Shown here piece after piece: positions 17,061-25,165 of a stretch of 64,000 nt of DNA. The translations under genes and the position numbers were made by a program. Under the pieces are notes generated by a model. That model had not been told where the DNA came from and ran no database searches. It worked only from the letters and a program-made list of their open reading frames with translations. The stretch lies in the sequence record AP018399.1, one strand, 5' to 3'. Numbering within the stretch: the stretch's first letter is position 1; the number at the start of each line of letters is the position of its first letter.

Positions 17061-17381
17061 ATGAAACTCTCAGAAATCCGTACCGATATCGTTCTTGAGT
17101 CAGACGACGAAAACAAGGACGTTAGCAAGGCTCCGGCTCCCGGCAAGCTAGGTGAATTCATCACCACTAAGCAGGCAGCTAAGATTCTTAAGGTGTCACC
17201 AAGCCGCGTTCGTCAGTTCATTCAGGACGGCCGTCTAAAGACCTACTCACCAGAAGTTGGTCGTCGTGACAACATGCTAAAGCTATCGGCCGTTGAGAAG
17301 CTAGCTGACAAGGAACGTCCAATCACTGGCCGTCCAGATGAAGGCAAGGGCTTCGCAAAAGACGACAAGAAAGAAGACTAA
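17061..17381 (+). CDS. Xis/MerR-type helix-turn-helix DNA-binding protein
   Basis: FITTKQAAKILKVSPSRVRQFIQDGRL; start MKLSEI at 17061 after AAGGA. Confidence 0.8.
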   Translation: MKLSEIRTDIVLESDDENKDVSKAPAPGKLGEFITTKQAAKILKVSPSRVRQFIQDGRLKTYSPEVGRRDNMLKLSAVEKLADKERPITGRPDEGKGFAKDDKKED

Positions 17382-17500
17382 GTTCTAAAATACGGTGCCC
17401 CAATAGTCGTAGGGATTGTCATGTTTCCCTATTGCCTATTGGGGTATTTTATTTGGAATGAAGTTGTAGTAGAATAGACCCGCTTTAACAGGAGTAGAAA

Positions 17501-17740
17501 ATGAGCAAAGCAGTAGTTTACAGTAAGGACCATTGCCCGTGGTGCGTCAAGGCCAAGCAGCTTTTGACTGAAAAGGGTGTGCAGTTTGAAGAGCTAACTT
17601 ACGGTACCCCGCGTGCTGCCAGTAAGGAAATGATTAGCGAAGCGGTTGGCCGCGACGTTAATACCCTACCGCAGATTATCCTTGATGGCGTTTACATCGG
17701 TGGTTACACCGACCTAGCCCGTCACTACGGAGTGCAGTAA
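17501..17740 (+). CDS. grx: glutaredoxin
   Basis: CPWC, TLPQI, IGGY. Confidence 0.9.
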   Translation: MSKAVVYSKDHCPWCVKAKQLLTEKGVQFEELTYGTPRAASKEMISEAVGRDVNTLPQIILDGVYIGGYTDLARHYGVQ

Positions 17741-17744
17741 GACC

Positions 17745-17972
17745 ATGACCGCCGAAATCTATTCAACCCCGGCATGTGGTCAGTGCGTCATGGCGAAGAA
17801 TATCCTCAAGTCTAAGGAAATTCCGTTCACCGAATACACCGTAGGCAAGGACGTGCAGAAAGCGGAGCTAGAAGAGCGAGTCGGTAACCCGGTCCGTTCG
17901 GTGCCGCAAATCTTCATGGACAATGAGTACATCGGCGGTCTTGACCAACTTCGTGCCAAGGTAGCGGCCTAA
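17745..17972 (+). CDS. grx: glutaredoxin/NrdH-like
   Basis: CGQC, SVPQIF, IGG. Confidence 0.9.
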   Translation: MTAEIYSTPACGQCVMAKNILKSKEIPFTEYTVGKDVQKAELEERVGNPVRSVPQIFMDNEYIGGLDQLRAKVAA

Positions 17973-17988
17973 ACCTACCGTTCGTCGG

Positions 17989-18015
17989 AAAGGGCACCTT
18001 CGGGTGCCCTTTTTT
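17989..18015 (+). terminator. intrinsic terminator
   Basis: AAAGGGCACC-ttcg-GGTGCCCTTT plus T tract. Confidence 0.9.
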
Positions 18016-18023
18016 ATTATAGC

Positions 18024-18052
18024 TAGACAAGTGTCCCGACTTAAGGTATACT
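18024..18052 (+). promoter_or_regulatory. sigma70-type promoter
   Basis: TAGACA-17-TATACT. Confidence 0.7.
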
Positions 18053-18082
18053 TCACCAACAATTAACAAGGCTAAAACATTT

Positions 18083-18529
18083 ATGGAATACATCCAAGGC
18101 GATATCACCCACGAAACGTCGGGCCTCATCATCCACGGGGTCAACTGTCAGGGTAAGATGGGGAGCGGCGTGGCTCTAGCCATCAAGATGAAGTGGCCGG
18201 TGGTCTACACCCGCTACATGGAACACGTACAGGGCCGGGAAGCTTTGGGCAAGGTCCAGTTTATCCCGATTGAGGACGGCCTGTACATTGGCAACTGCTG
18301 GACGCAGGAGTTCTTCGGGAACGATGGCAAGATTTATGCCGACCGTGGCGCTCTCCGTCGCTGCCTGTTCCAAGCTCTCGCCTTCTGCGAAACCCACGGC
18401 CTTGAGTTGAAGACGCCGAAGATTGCGTCTGGTCTGGCCGGGTTGAATTGGGACTCGGACGTGGTTCCTATCTTCGAACTGGCCCGCGCAGTGTATCCCA
18501 CGGTTCCCGTGAAAGTGTACGTAATCTGA
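18083..18529 (+). CDS. macro domain ADP-ribosyl hydrolase (DarG/TARG1-like)
   Basis: GDI, HGVNCxGxMGSGVA, PKIxSGLAGLxW. Confidence 0.88.
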   Translation: MEYIQGDITHETSGLIIHGVNCQGKMGSGVALAIKMKWPVVYTRYMEHVQGREALGKVQFIPIEDGLYIGNCWTQEFFGNDGKIYADRGALRRCLFQALAFCETHGLELKTPKIASGLAGLNWDSDVVPIFELARAVYPTVPVKVYVI

Positions 18530-18586
18530 AAAATCAAACATTTTCAGACTAGTTGCACTATATACTTTCAAACAAGGAATTACTTT

Positions 18587-18769
18587 ATGACCCATCCACT
18601 AGATTCAACCCCCACGAAGTACCAAGTGAAGGTAGCAGGCCGAGTAGTCGGTGAAGCTTTCTCACGCGCACAAGCCGACCTTATCGTCAGCCAGCTATCG
18701 GAAAGCGAGAAGACCCAAGCGGTCGTCGTCCCGGTCGCCAGCAACGGCAATCAGGTTCTACTAGGATAA
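18587..18769 (+). CDS. hypothetical protein
   Basis: AAGGA RBS, 60 aa. Confidence 0.65.
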   Translation: MTHPLDSTPTKYQVKVAGRVVGEAFSRAQADLIVSQLSESEKTQAVVVPVASNGNQVLLG

Positions 18770-18779
18770 TACGACAGCC

Positions 18780-18977
18780 ATGAAAAGTCTTGAACGTGCT
18801 GCCATGTATGAAGCCCTTACCGGGGCTATCGAAGAGATTGATGCGATTTTCGAAGAACACGGCTTTAAGCCAGAAGACTTCGACCCGGACAATCTAGAGT
18901 TCGCTGATATCCCCGACCTAGAAATCGCTAAAGTGTACAGCCATGTACACGGGTTAAAAGAAGCAGTAGAAGGATGA
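18780..18977 (+). CDS. hypothetical acidic protein
   Basis: 65 aa, ends at terminator. Confidence 0.65.
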   Translation: MKSLERAAMYEALTGAIEEIDAIFEEHGFKPEDFDPDNLEFADIPDLEIAKVYSHVHGLKEAVEG

Positions 18978-19006
18978 AAAAAGCCCGCTTTCGCGGGCTT
19001 TTTCTT
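18977..19006. terminator. bidirectional intrinsic terminator
   Basis: A6-GCCCGC-tttc-GCGGGC-T5. Confidence 0.9.
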
Positions 19007-19653
19007 TACCATCTTGCTGCGGTTTGTTTCGGGTAGTACAAGCTCTGTACGTCGTCGTTGTAACCCGCGTCGATAATGACCGGGCTACCGTTGTAGATAC
19101 CCCAATTCTTGATGTTGCTGTAGTCGGCAATGTTCGGGTCATAGCTGCCGACATAATCCATCATGGCTTCGGCCAATTCTGATTCGCCATTTACCTTCTT
19201 GGCATCACCACGAGGATAGCGCTTTCCGTGGTATTCACTTGCATAAGCCAATAGGTCGTTTAGCTGTCCACCACATGCCTTGACGAAATCGGCTTCTGTG
19301 GCCTTCTTTGCTAGTTCGGTATGAATCCAAGTAGGTGTTTCATTCTTGGTATCATAGTCGATTAGGGGAATGAACAGTCCAAGCGTGTTCGCATAGTGGT
19401 CGTTAAGCATCTGGGCTTCCACTTCGTTCTGTGCCATACCCTTGCGGTTCTTGGCAACCTTAAGAACAGTGTCACGGCCCTGATACGGAATCACAAATGC
19501 GATTCGTGAACTGCCAGTACCTAGACGCTTAGCGCGTTCCTTGGCGTATGCTACGCGACGAGCGAATGGCACACGGTCGTTGTACATAGCATCGTCCCAA
19601 TCGTCTGGGAGCGGTGCTTCCGATAGGAATTGAGATAGGCGTACTTGCTTCAT
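19006..19653 (-). CDS. protein kinase-like fold protein
   Basis: LGTGSSRIAF (Gly loop), VLKVA, NEVE, DxxxxxNWG, PVIIDAG; start MKQVRL at 19653 (TAATG). Confidence 0.75.
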   Translation of the reverse strand: MKQVRLSQFLSEAPLPDDWDDAMYNDRVPFARRVAYAKERAKRLGTGSSRIAFVIPYQGRDTVLKVAKNRKGMAQNEVEAQMLNDHYANTLGLFIPLIDYDTKNETPTWIHTELAKKATEADFVKACGGQLNDLLAYASEYHGKRYPRGDAKKVNGESELAEAMMDYVGSYDPNIADYSNIKNWGIYNGSPVIIDAGYNDDVQSLYYPKQTAARW

Positions 19654-20057
19654 TATTCGTCGTCTCGGTCTAGGTGACGTGGAGTACGCTGTTCCCAACG
19701 TGCCCAACGGTTCTTCATACGGTTCTCGTGGTGCTTACCGTGATGGATTGATTCTGGATTCAAGTAAGAACCCATGTCATCAAGGTAGGAGTCCACTTCA
19801 TCCACAACAGCCGATAGCTTGTCACGCTGCTTACGTAGCGCTTGACCTAGCTCATGAATACCATTTTCGATATTGCGCGGGTCGTTGTGCATCTGCTTGA
19901 AGGTTTCAGTGAACGGACCATTCAAGAACTCATAGAATTCCTTGGTTGCGCGCTTCACTTCCTGTAGAGCCTGAGCGGCCTGACCAATCTGGAAGTCTTC
20001 CTTTAGGTTGCGCTGGCGGGCTTCATCAAACAATTGGTTCAATTTCTTCTTCGACAC
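19653..20057 (-). CDS. hypothetical coiled-coil late protein
   Basis: GTG 20057 after GAGG; late promoter GATAAATA at 20080-20087. Confidence 0.7.
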   Translation of the reverse strand: MSKKKLNQLFDEARQRNLKEDFQIGQAAQALQEVKRATKEFYEFLNGPFTETFKQMHNDPRNIENGIHELGQALRKQRDKLSAVVDEVDSYLDDMGSYLNPESIHHGKHHENRMKNRWARWEQRTPRHLDRDDE

Positions 20058-20099
20058 GGTAAAATTCCTCAGTTCAACGTATTTATCAGTCCAAGGCCA

Positions 20100-20128
20100 T
20101 TGACATACCCTTAACACCCTGCTATAAT
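20100..20128 (+). promoter_or_regulatory. sigma70 consensus promoter
   Basis: TTGACA-17-TATAAT. Confidence 0.85.
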
Positions 20129-20158
20129 TTCTGGCATAATTTCTTTAAGGACCAATCA

Positions 20159-20662
20159 ATGCATCGTTTTGAGATTTTTGTAGACAGTGACGGCGTTATC
20201 GCAGACTTCGACGGATACGTTCGTCAGAAGTTCGGTAAGCGCGTCTCGGATTTCCAGCCGAAGGGAACCTTCTGGCAAGCATTGACCCATCATGACACCC
20301 ACGTCGAGAAGTTCTTCCGCAACCTGCCGAAGATGAGCGATGCGGATGCTCTGATGACGTTCCTGCTGGCCGGTAGCTTCAAGTCGGTGAAGATTCTGAC
20401 TGCCTGCGGCTACACCCCGAAGGACGCGAAGGAACAGAAGGTCGAATGGTACGCCGAGCATTATCCGGGCGTTGAGTGCATTGTGGTGTCGAAGTCGCCT
20501 GACAAGGCGGAATACGCTCACCCGTACTCCATCCTGATTGATGACCGCGACAAGTCGATTGACCCGTGGCGTGCCAAGGGCGGCATTGGTATCCTGCACA
20601 CCAGCGCCGAAGACACCATCGCTCAGTTGCGGGCCATCGTGGAATCAATGCAGGCTGCGTAA
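20159..20662 (+). CDS. HAD-superfamily 5'(3')-deoxyribonucleotidase-like
   Basis: FVDSDGVIADF, K, LIDD motifs. Confidence 0.85.
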   Translation: MHRFEIFVDSDGVIADFDGYVRQKFGKRVSDFQPKGTFWQALTHHDTHVEKFFRNLPKMSDADALMTFLLAGSFKSVKILTACGYTPKDAKEQKVEWYAEHYPGVECIVVSKSPDKAEYAHPYSILIDDRDKSIDPWRAKGGIGILHTSAEDTIAQLRAIVESMQAA

Positions 20663-21066
20663 TGCATATCTGGACCGCTCCACTCACGGATTACATGGAC
20701 TACTACCACCTTCTGATTAAGAATGTGGAGTACCTTGATTTTCCGTGGGTGAAGACGGCAACCAAAGATGCCATCGAACGCTACGTCAAGAAAGGAAATA
20801 TGTTCAAGATTATCCACGAGAACCAGTTCGTGGGTACTCTGAGCTTCAAGGCTGTTCCGGATGGGCTTGAATTGGGTTACTGGCTTGACCATGATTTCCG
20901 TAACATGGGCATCATGACGCAGCTATTGCGACAACTCAAGCGTAATGGTCAACCGTACATCATCGTGACTGAACTGTCCAATCGTGCCAATCAACGAGCT
21001 TGCGAGAAAGCCGGATTTATCGAATCTCGGCGTGATGAGAAATTCATCACCTACATTTCCCACTAA
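20662..21066 (+). CDS. GNAT (RimJ/RimL-like) acetyltransferase
   Basis: ELGYWLxxDFRNMGIMT, NxAxQRACEKAGF; TAATG start 20662. Confidence 0.85.
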   Translation: MHIWTAPLTDYMDYYHLLIKNVEYLDFPWVKTATKDAIERYVKKGNMFKIIHENQFVGTLSFKAVPDGLELGYWLDHDFRNMGIMTQLLRQLKRNGQPYIIVTELSNRANQRACEKAGFIESRRDEKFITYISH

Positions 21067-21068
21067 TG

Positions 21069-21104
21069 AAAAAGGAAAAGGGGCCAATGGCCCCTTTTCT
21101 CTTT
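21069..21104. terminator. bidirectional intrinsic terminator
   Basis: AAAAGGGGCC-aat-GGCCCCTTTT. Confidence 0.9.
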
Positions 21105-22863
21105 AGTCAAGTACGCATTCATTGACGAAGTAGCCAACTGCGTTACCCGGTTCACACCAGTCATATTGCTGTTGCTCACCCAAACGTTCTGCGTTACATG
21201 GATTTGCGGTTTCATATGCTGCGGCCTGTTGTTGCGCACCGTTCAACGTCGGGATACTACCACATGGCTGCTGCTCATTGAAGCCTTGGTTCACCACTGT
21301 ACGCCATACATAAGCGCCAGCCGATGGTGACGGAGTTACCGAAGGTGCCGGTGTTGGTGTAGGCGTTACGGTACGTGTCGGAGAAACGGCTGGCGTTGGT
21401 GACACTGTAGCAGTTACGGTCGGCGTGACAGTCTGTGTAACAGCCGGAGTAATCGACGGAGTTACCGAAGGCGTCGGCGTCATTGTACGTGTGACTGTCG
21501 GTGTGACTGTAGACGTTACCGAAGGTGTTACAGACGGAGTAACCGAAGCAGTCATCGTGATGGTCACTGTCGGTGTAATCGTCGGTGTCGGAGTTGTGGT
21601 CAACGTCGGTGTTGGTGTAACCGTCTGCGTTACCGTTGGAGTTACGGTCGGTGTCACTGTCGCAGTCGGAGTGAATGTCGGAGTTACCGATGGGGTCGGT
21701 GTGTTTGACGATGTTGGTGTAGGCGTAATCGTCGGTCCCGGCAAATCGAAGATGGTAATGGTCAAACGTTCGCTGATAGCAGCATTGATGTTGAACGGCT
21801 TTGGTTCCGAACATTCATTCAATCCATCGAAGCCAGCGCCAGTTTCGTAACCGTAGATATTGATTGTCGTCTCTGATGCAGACGAATCTTCCAATGTACC
21901 GTCAACCACAAGCACGGTAGCCTGCTGTGCAGTATCGTACCAAGCCTGTGTAATCTTCCACTCACCGTTGTTGGTGTCGGAATCTCCTTCAATCCACACC
22001 TTGCGGTTCGGAATGAAGCCTGTGCGAAGCTGGATAGCACCATGTACGCCGTCCACTTCTGAATCGGTTAGGCGAGCCTGCGTGTCTGGTGTAAGCTGTA
22101 GAACGGTATCACCACCAACGATACTGAATCCGTCAATCTGGTAGACACCATTGTTCTTGTTGTCCGCATCCACAAGGATACTGCCAAGCGTGGTAGCAGG
22201 TAGGGTGCGGTTCAAAGTAATTGTCGTGATGCCACCAGCAAAGGTAGCGGCCAGTACACCGTAGTGACCATCATTGGCTCCGGCATTCTGGATTTCAAGG
22301 TTAATCTTGGCAAGGAACTGAGCCGCGTGGTCACCGGAGATAGTCACAGTGGTTCCGCTGGCCGTCAGCATTTGATATGAATTCTTACGGACCACCCAGA
22401 ACATTTCGTGGTTAGCGAAGTACGCACTCTGGTCACCAGCAACGACGATGCTCCCTAGGTTGGGAATCGACTTGATGTTGAGGTAGGTGTCGTACAGGTG
22501 GGAGCCGGGGACAACAATCTGGCCGGATGCTCCGGCAATGCTGTCAACTGGAAGCGTGACTAGAAGGTCGCTATTGTCGAAGATAAGGCCGAAACCGCCG
22601 ATACATTCGAACAGGTCACAGCAATCAAGAGCATCGAAGCCGCAATCGTCATCGAAGTTCAAGCCGAAGCCAACACCCTTACACAATGGGTCGTTAGCCA
22701 AAGTGATTTCGAAACTAGGCGTTTCTTCGAATTCTACACTGATTTCTTCGCGGAAGACGTACTGCTCAACGATTTCAAGGATTTTGGTGTGGTACGGTTT
22801 AATGTCACCAAAATACTTGATGAAGGAGTCAATAGGTCGGACGATTGATGAGTCGCAAGCCAT
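21103..22863 (-). CDS. virion structural protein with long Pro/Thr/Val tract
   Basis: late promoter CATAAATA 22889-22896; N-terminal KPYHTK; ~140-aa (V/T)TP(S/T) tract; Cys-containing C-terminal cap. Confidence 0.7.
   Translation of the reverse strand: MACDSSIVRPIDSFIKYFGDIKPYHTKILEIVEQYVFREEISVEFEETPSFEITLANDPLCKGVGFGLNFDDDCGFDALDCCDLFECIGGFGLIFDNSDLLVTLPVDSIAGASGQIVVPGSHLYDTYLNIKSIPNLGSIVVAGDQSAYFANHEMFWVVRKNSYQMLTASGTTVTISGDHAAQFLAKINLEIQNAGANDGHYGVLAATFAGGITTITLNRTLPATTLGSILVDADNKNNGVYQIDGFSIVGGDTVLQLTPDTQARLTDSEVDGVHGAIQLRTGFIPNRKVWIEGDSDTNNGEWKITQAWYDTAQQATVLVVDGTLEDSSASETTINIYGYETGAGFDGLNECSEPKPFNINAAISERLTITIFDLPGPTITPTPTSSNTPTPSVTPTFTPTATVTPTVTPTVTQTVTPTPTLTTTPTPTITPTVTITMTASVTPSVTPSVTSTVTPTVTRTMTPTPSVTPSITPAVTQTVTPTVTATVSPTPAVSPTRTVTPTPTPAPSVTPSPSAGAYVWRTVVNQGFNEQQPCGSIPTLNGAQQQAAAYETANPCNAERLGEQQQYDWCEPGNAVGYFVNECVLD
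21315..21740 (-). repeat. low-complexity VTP(S/T) coding repeat
   Basis: imperfect 12-nt units (gtcggtgtcact-like). Confidence 0.85.
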
Positions 22864-22909
22864 TCAAGGGTTCCATAAGAGCTTGCTTTATTTATGGGAT
22901 GGTAAAACG

Positions 22910-23116
22910 TTAGGAAATAATCTTTTTGACTTCGGTGAAGAACTTTTCAGAGAAGTTCTTACCGTCGAGTTCAAGCTTGTTGTGACGGGCAGCGTCTACC
23001 ATTTCTGTAAGACGAGCCAACTCAATCTGTGAATTCAACATGGCCTTCAAATCCGATGCTGAAATGTCACGAGCACTAATCTTGATAAACGACTTCTGCA
23101 TAGACTTGTTCCTCAC
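22910..23116 (-). CDS. hypothetical late protein
   Basis: perfect TATAAATA at 23134-23141, GAGGA RBS. Confidence 0.65.
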   Translation of the reverse strand: MRNKSMQKSFIKISARDISASDLKAMLNSQIELARLTEMVDAARHNKLELDGKNFSEKFFTEVKKIIS

Positions 23117-23220
23117 AATTAATCTATGTAGAATATTTATACCTGACCTTTGATTATAGGGTAAGTAATTGATATCGTTGAACTTAAAAGTGTGACGTAG
23201 TTCCCTACTTTTCGCCTAAT

Positions 23221-24255
23221 TCAGACAAATGATGCCCTTAGACGTGCTTCCTGACCGGTGTAAGTCTTCTTCACAAGTGAGTTTAGAACATGCAATTTCC
23301 CGAAGCGTAGAATGCCTTCGCACAAGTCTTTGCAGCCTGAGCCAATTTCTGGAATCGCCACACCCCATCCCTGTTCCAAGCCAGCCTGTACCAGTTTCTT
23401 ACTATCGGATTTGCGGTCGGGGACGATGATTTTCTGACGGGGAGAACGGTTCAAAAGCTCAATCTGATTGCTGGTCAGGTTGTTCTCCATAACAGCAACA
23501 CCATCGACGTGGATGGCATCGAATACACCTTCGAATACGTACAACGGACGGTCGAAATGACGATAGAGAGCGTCCATGTTGAAGATGATATTCGTCTTCG
23601 GGACTTCCATATTCAAGTATTTCTTCGCCGGGTTCTTCTCCATCGAACGGCCTTGGTAGTAAACCAACCGGCCATGCTTGAAGAACGGAATGATGATACG
23701 GCCAGCTAGAGCCTTTGCATGTGCAACGTCACGGATATCCGCATCCTTCGCCACTTTGCCAGTAGACAAGTAGAATGGGTAAGAGTCCTGAGTCAGTGCA
23801 TACTTCTCACGTAGAAACTTGCGGGCATCGTTGGCAACCTGATTGGTCAACGGAGCATCGGCAAGCGGGTAGAAGTGTTCAGGGATTTCGTGCGTCTGCA
23901 CGGATAGATGGCGATGCTCAGGCTTCTTCGTCTCGCCGCTATTGCGGTTGGACAGTTTGTTAGCAAAGGCAATAGCATTGTATTCGTTCTTGGGGATACC
24001 GAACGAATCAAAGATTCTCCGCATTTCTTTGGAGAATGGATGTTCACGGTTGGGGTCGAAGTTACCATCTACACCGCAGTTGAAACAGTGATAGAATGCC
24101 ATTTCTCCGTCAAACGCCCAGCCGCCCCGTGGTCCTTTCTTACGGGAACCATCGCCACAGACTTCGCAGTAACAACGGCTCCAACCCTTGGAGTTGAGGC
24201 CGTAGTTAAAATTAATGTAAGATGAAACTAAATCGGAGACTGACTTACCTAGCAT
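23221..24255 (-). CDS. DNA primase (T4 gp61-like)
   Basis: CEVCGD...CFNC zinc finger; RIIIPF, YQGR; TOPRIM VFEGVFDA, PDRxxD, KD. Confidence 0.88.
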   Translation of the reverse strand: MLGKSVSDLVSSYINFNYGLNSKGWSRCYCEVCGDGSRKKGPRGGWAFDGEMAFYHCFNCGVDGNFDPNREHPFSKEMRRIFDSFGIPKNEYNAIAFANKLSNRNSGETKKPEHRHLSVQTHEIPEHFYPLADAPLTNQVANDARKFLREKYALTQDSYPFYLSTGKVAKDADIRDVAHAKALAGRIIIPFFKHGRLVYYQGRSMEKNPAKKYLNMEVPKTNIIFNMDALYRHFDRPLYVFEGVFDAIHVDGVAVMENNLTSNQIELLNRSPRQKIIVPDRKSDSKKLVQAGLEQGWGVAIPEIGSGCKDLCEGILRFGKLHVLNSLVKKTYTGQEARLRASFV

Positions 24256-24287
24256 TCTCCGATTATAGCATGAATCCTACTTGCGAA

Positions 24288-25001
24288 TCAACGCTTCTTC
24301 TTGCGAGAAGTGAGTTCCGCCTTAGCCTTACGTGGGTGCTTGGCTGGGGCTTCTTCAACTTCCGTGGCTTCTTCGACTGTGCTTTCGCCAGCCATCGGAA
24401 GAGCGTCACTTTCAGAGCCTAGGATTTCACGATTGCCAGACTTCATGAGACGGTCTAGGACTTCATCTGAACTGAACCAGAAATCCTTCCCATCAAGCAT
24501 AGCAGCAATTTCTTCCTTGGTCATGAGGTCGGCGTACAGAGCGTAGGCAATGTGGTCGAAATAGCGTTCGGTGAACTTCACCTGTTCGCGAACATCCGAA
24601 CCCTTTCCTTCAACGCCGTGGCTGTACTTGTGAACCATGAACGCACCGAACGGATTGATGATGTGCTTATGGCCCGCTAGGAAGATGATGGTAGCCGCTG
24701 AACAGGCTTCGCCTTCTAGGCAGGTAATCACAGTACCATTACAGTTCTGGATGGCGTTGATAATCTGAATCGTGGTGTATAGGCTACCACCGACGCTGTT
24801 GATGTAGATGAAAACGGTGTCGTGTTCTTCGACGGTCTTCAAGGTCTGCACCAAATCCAGATACTTTTCTGGCCCTTCAATGACCCCAAGGATATAAAAG
24901 TGATGGAGGGTCACTTGGACAACTTGCTTATAATTCGGAATCTTCTCCGAACCAATCTGAGGCAACAGTAGTAGCTCTGTATCTTCACTCGTGTTCTTCA
25001 T
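24288..25001 (-). CDS. clpP: ClpP-like serine protease
   Basis: INSVGG, GEACSAATIIFLAG, FMVH, DFWFS; late promoter GATAAATA 25040-25047. Confidence 0.8.
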   Translation of the reverse strand: MKNTSEDTELLLLPQIGSEKIPNYKQVVQVTLHHFYILGVIEGPEKYLDLVQTLKTVEEHDTVFIYINSVGGSLYTTIQIINAIQNCNGTVITCLEGEACSAATIIFLAGHKHIINPFGAFMVHKYSHGVEGKGSDVREQVKFTERYFDHIAYALYADLMTKEEIAAMLDGKDFWFSSDEVLDRLMKSGNREILGSESDALPMAGESTVEEATEVEEAPAKHPRKAKAELTSRKKKR

Positions 25002-25165
25002 TAAATTGTCCTGTTGGTTGTAGAATTTCTTCTACCCAATATTTATCGGACGATTCAACGGTTTAAAGAAACAGAGGCGTACCAATGACTTGGCTTAATT
25101 TAATTATAACTTATTGATATCCCTGCAAGTTCTATTCCAAACTTGCAGGGGTAACCGGTTGACAA

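Noticed and set aside
17061-17381. Excisionase implying a prophage or mobile element
   Set aside because: No integrase, att-like repeats or host genes; the context is a lytic late gene.
21275-21850. Alternative-frame and antisense ORFs rich in V/G or Y/D/H repeats
   Set aside because: Products of the PT coding repeat read in other frames; also 37923-38387, 62829-63023 and 54617-55201 (D/K tract).
21103-23116. Programmed frameshift joining 22910-23116 to 21103-22863
   Set aside because: Each ORF has its own late promoter and start, and no slippery site was evident.
25015-25040. GTAGAA/TTCTAC hairpin reminiscent of a Cas12a repeat
   Set aside because: Single copy with arms in the wrong order; best explained as a 5' leader hairpin of clpP.
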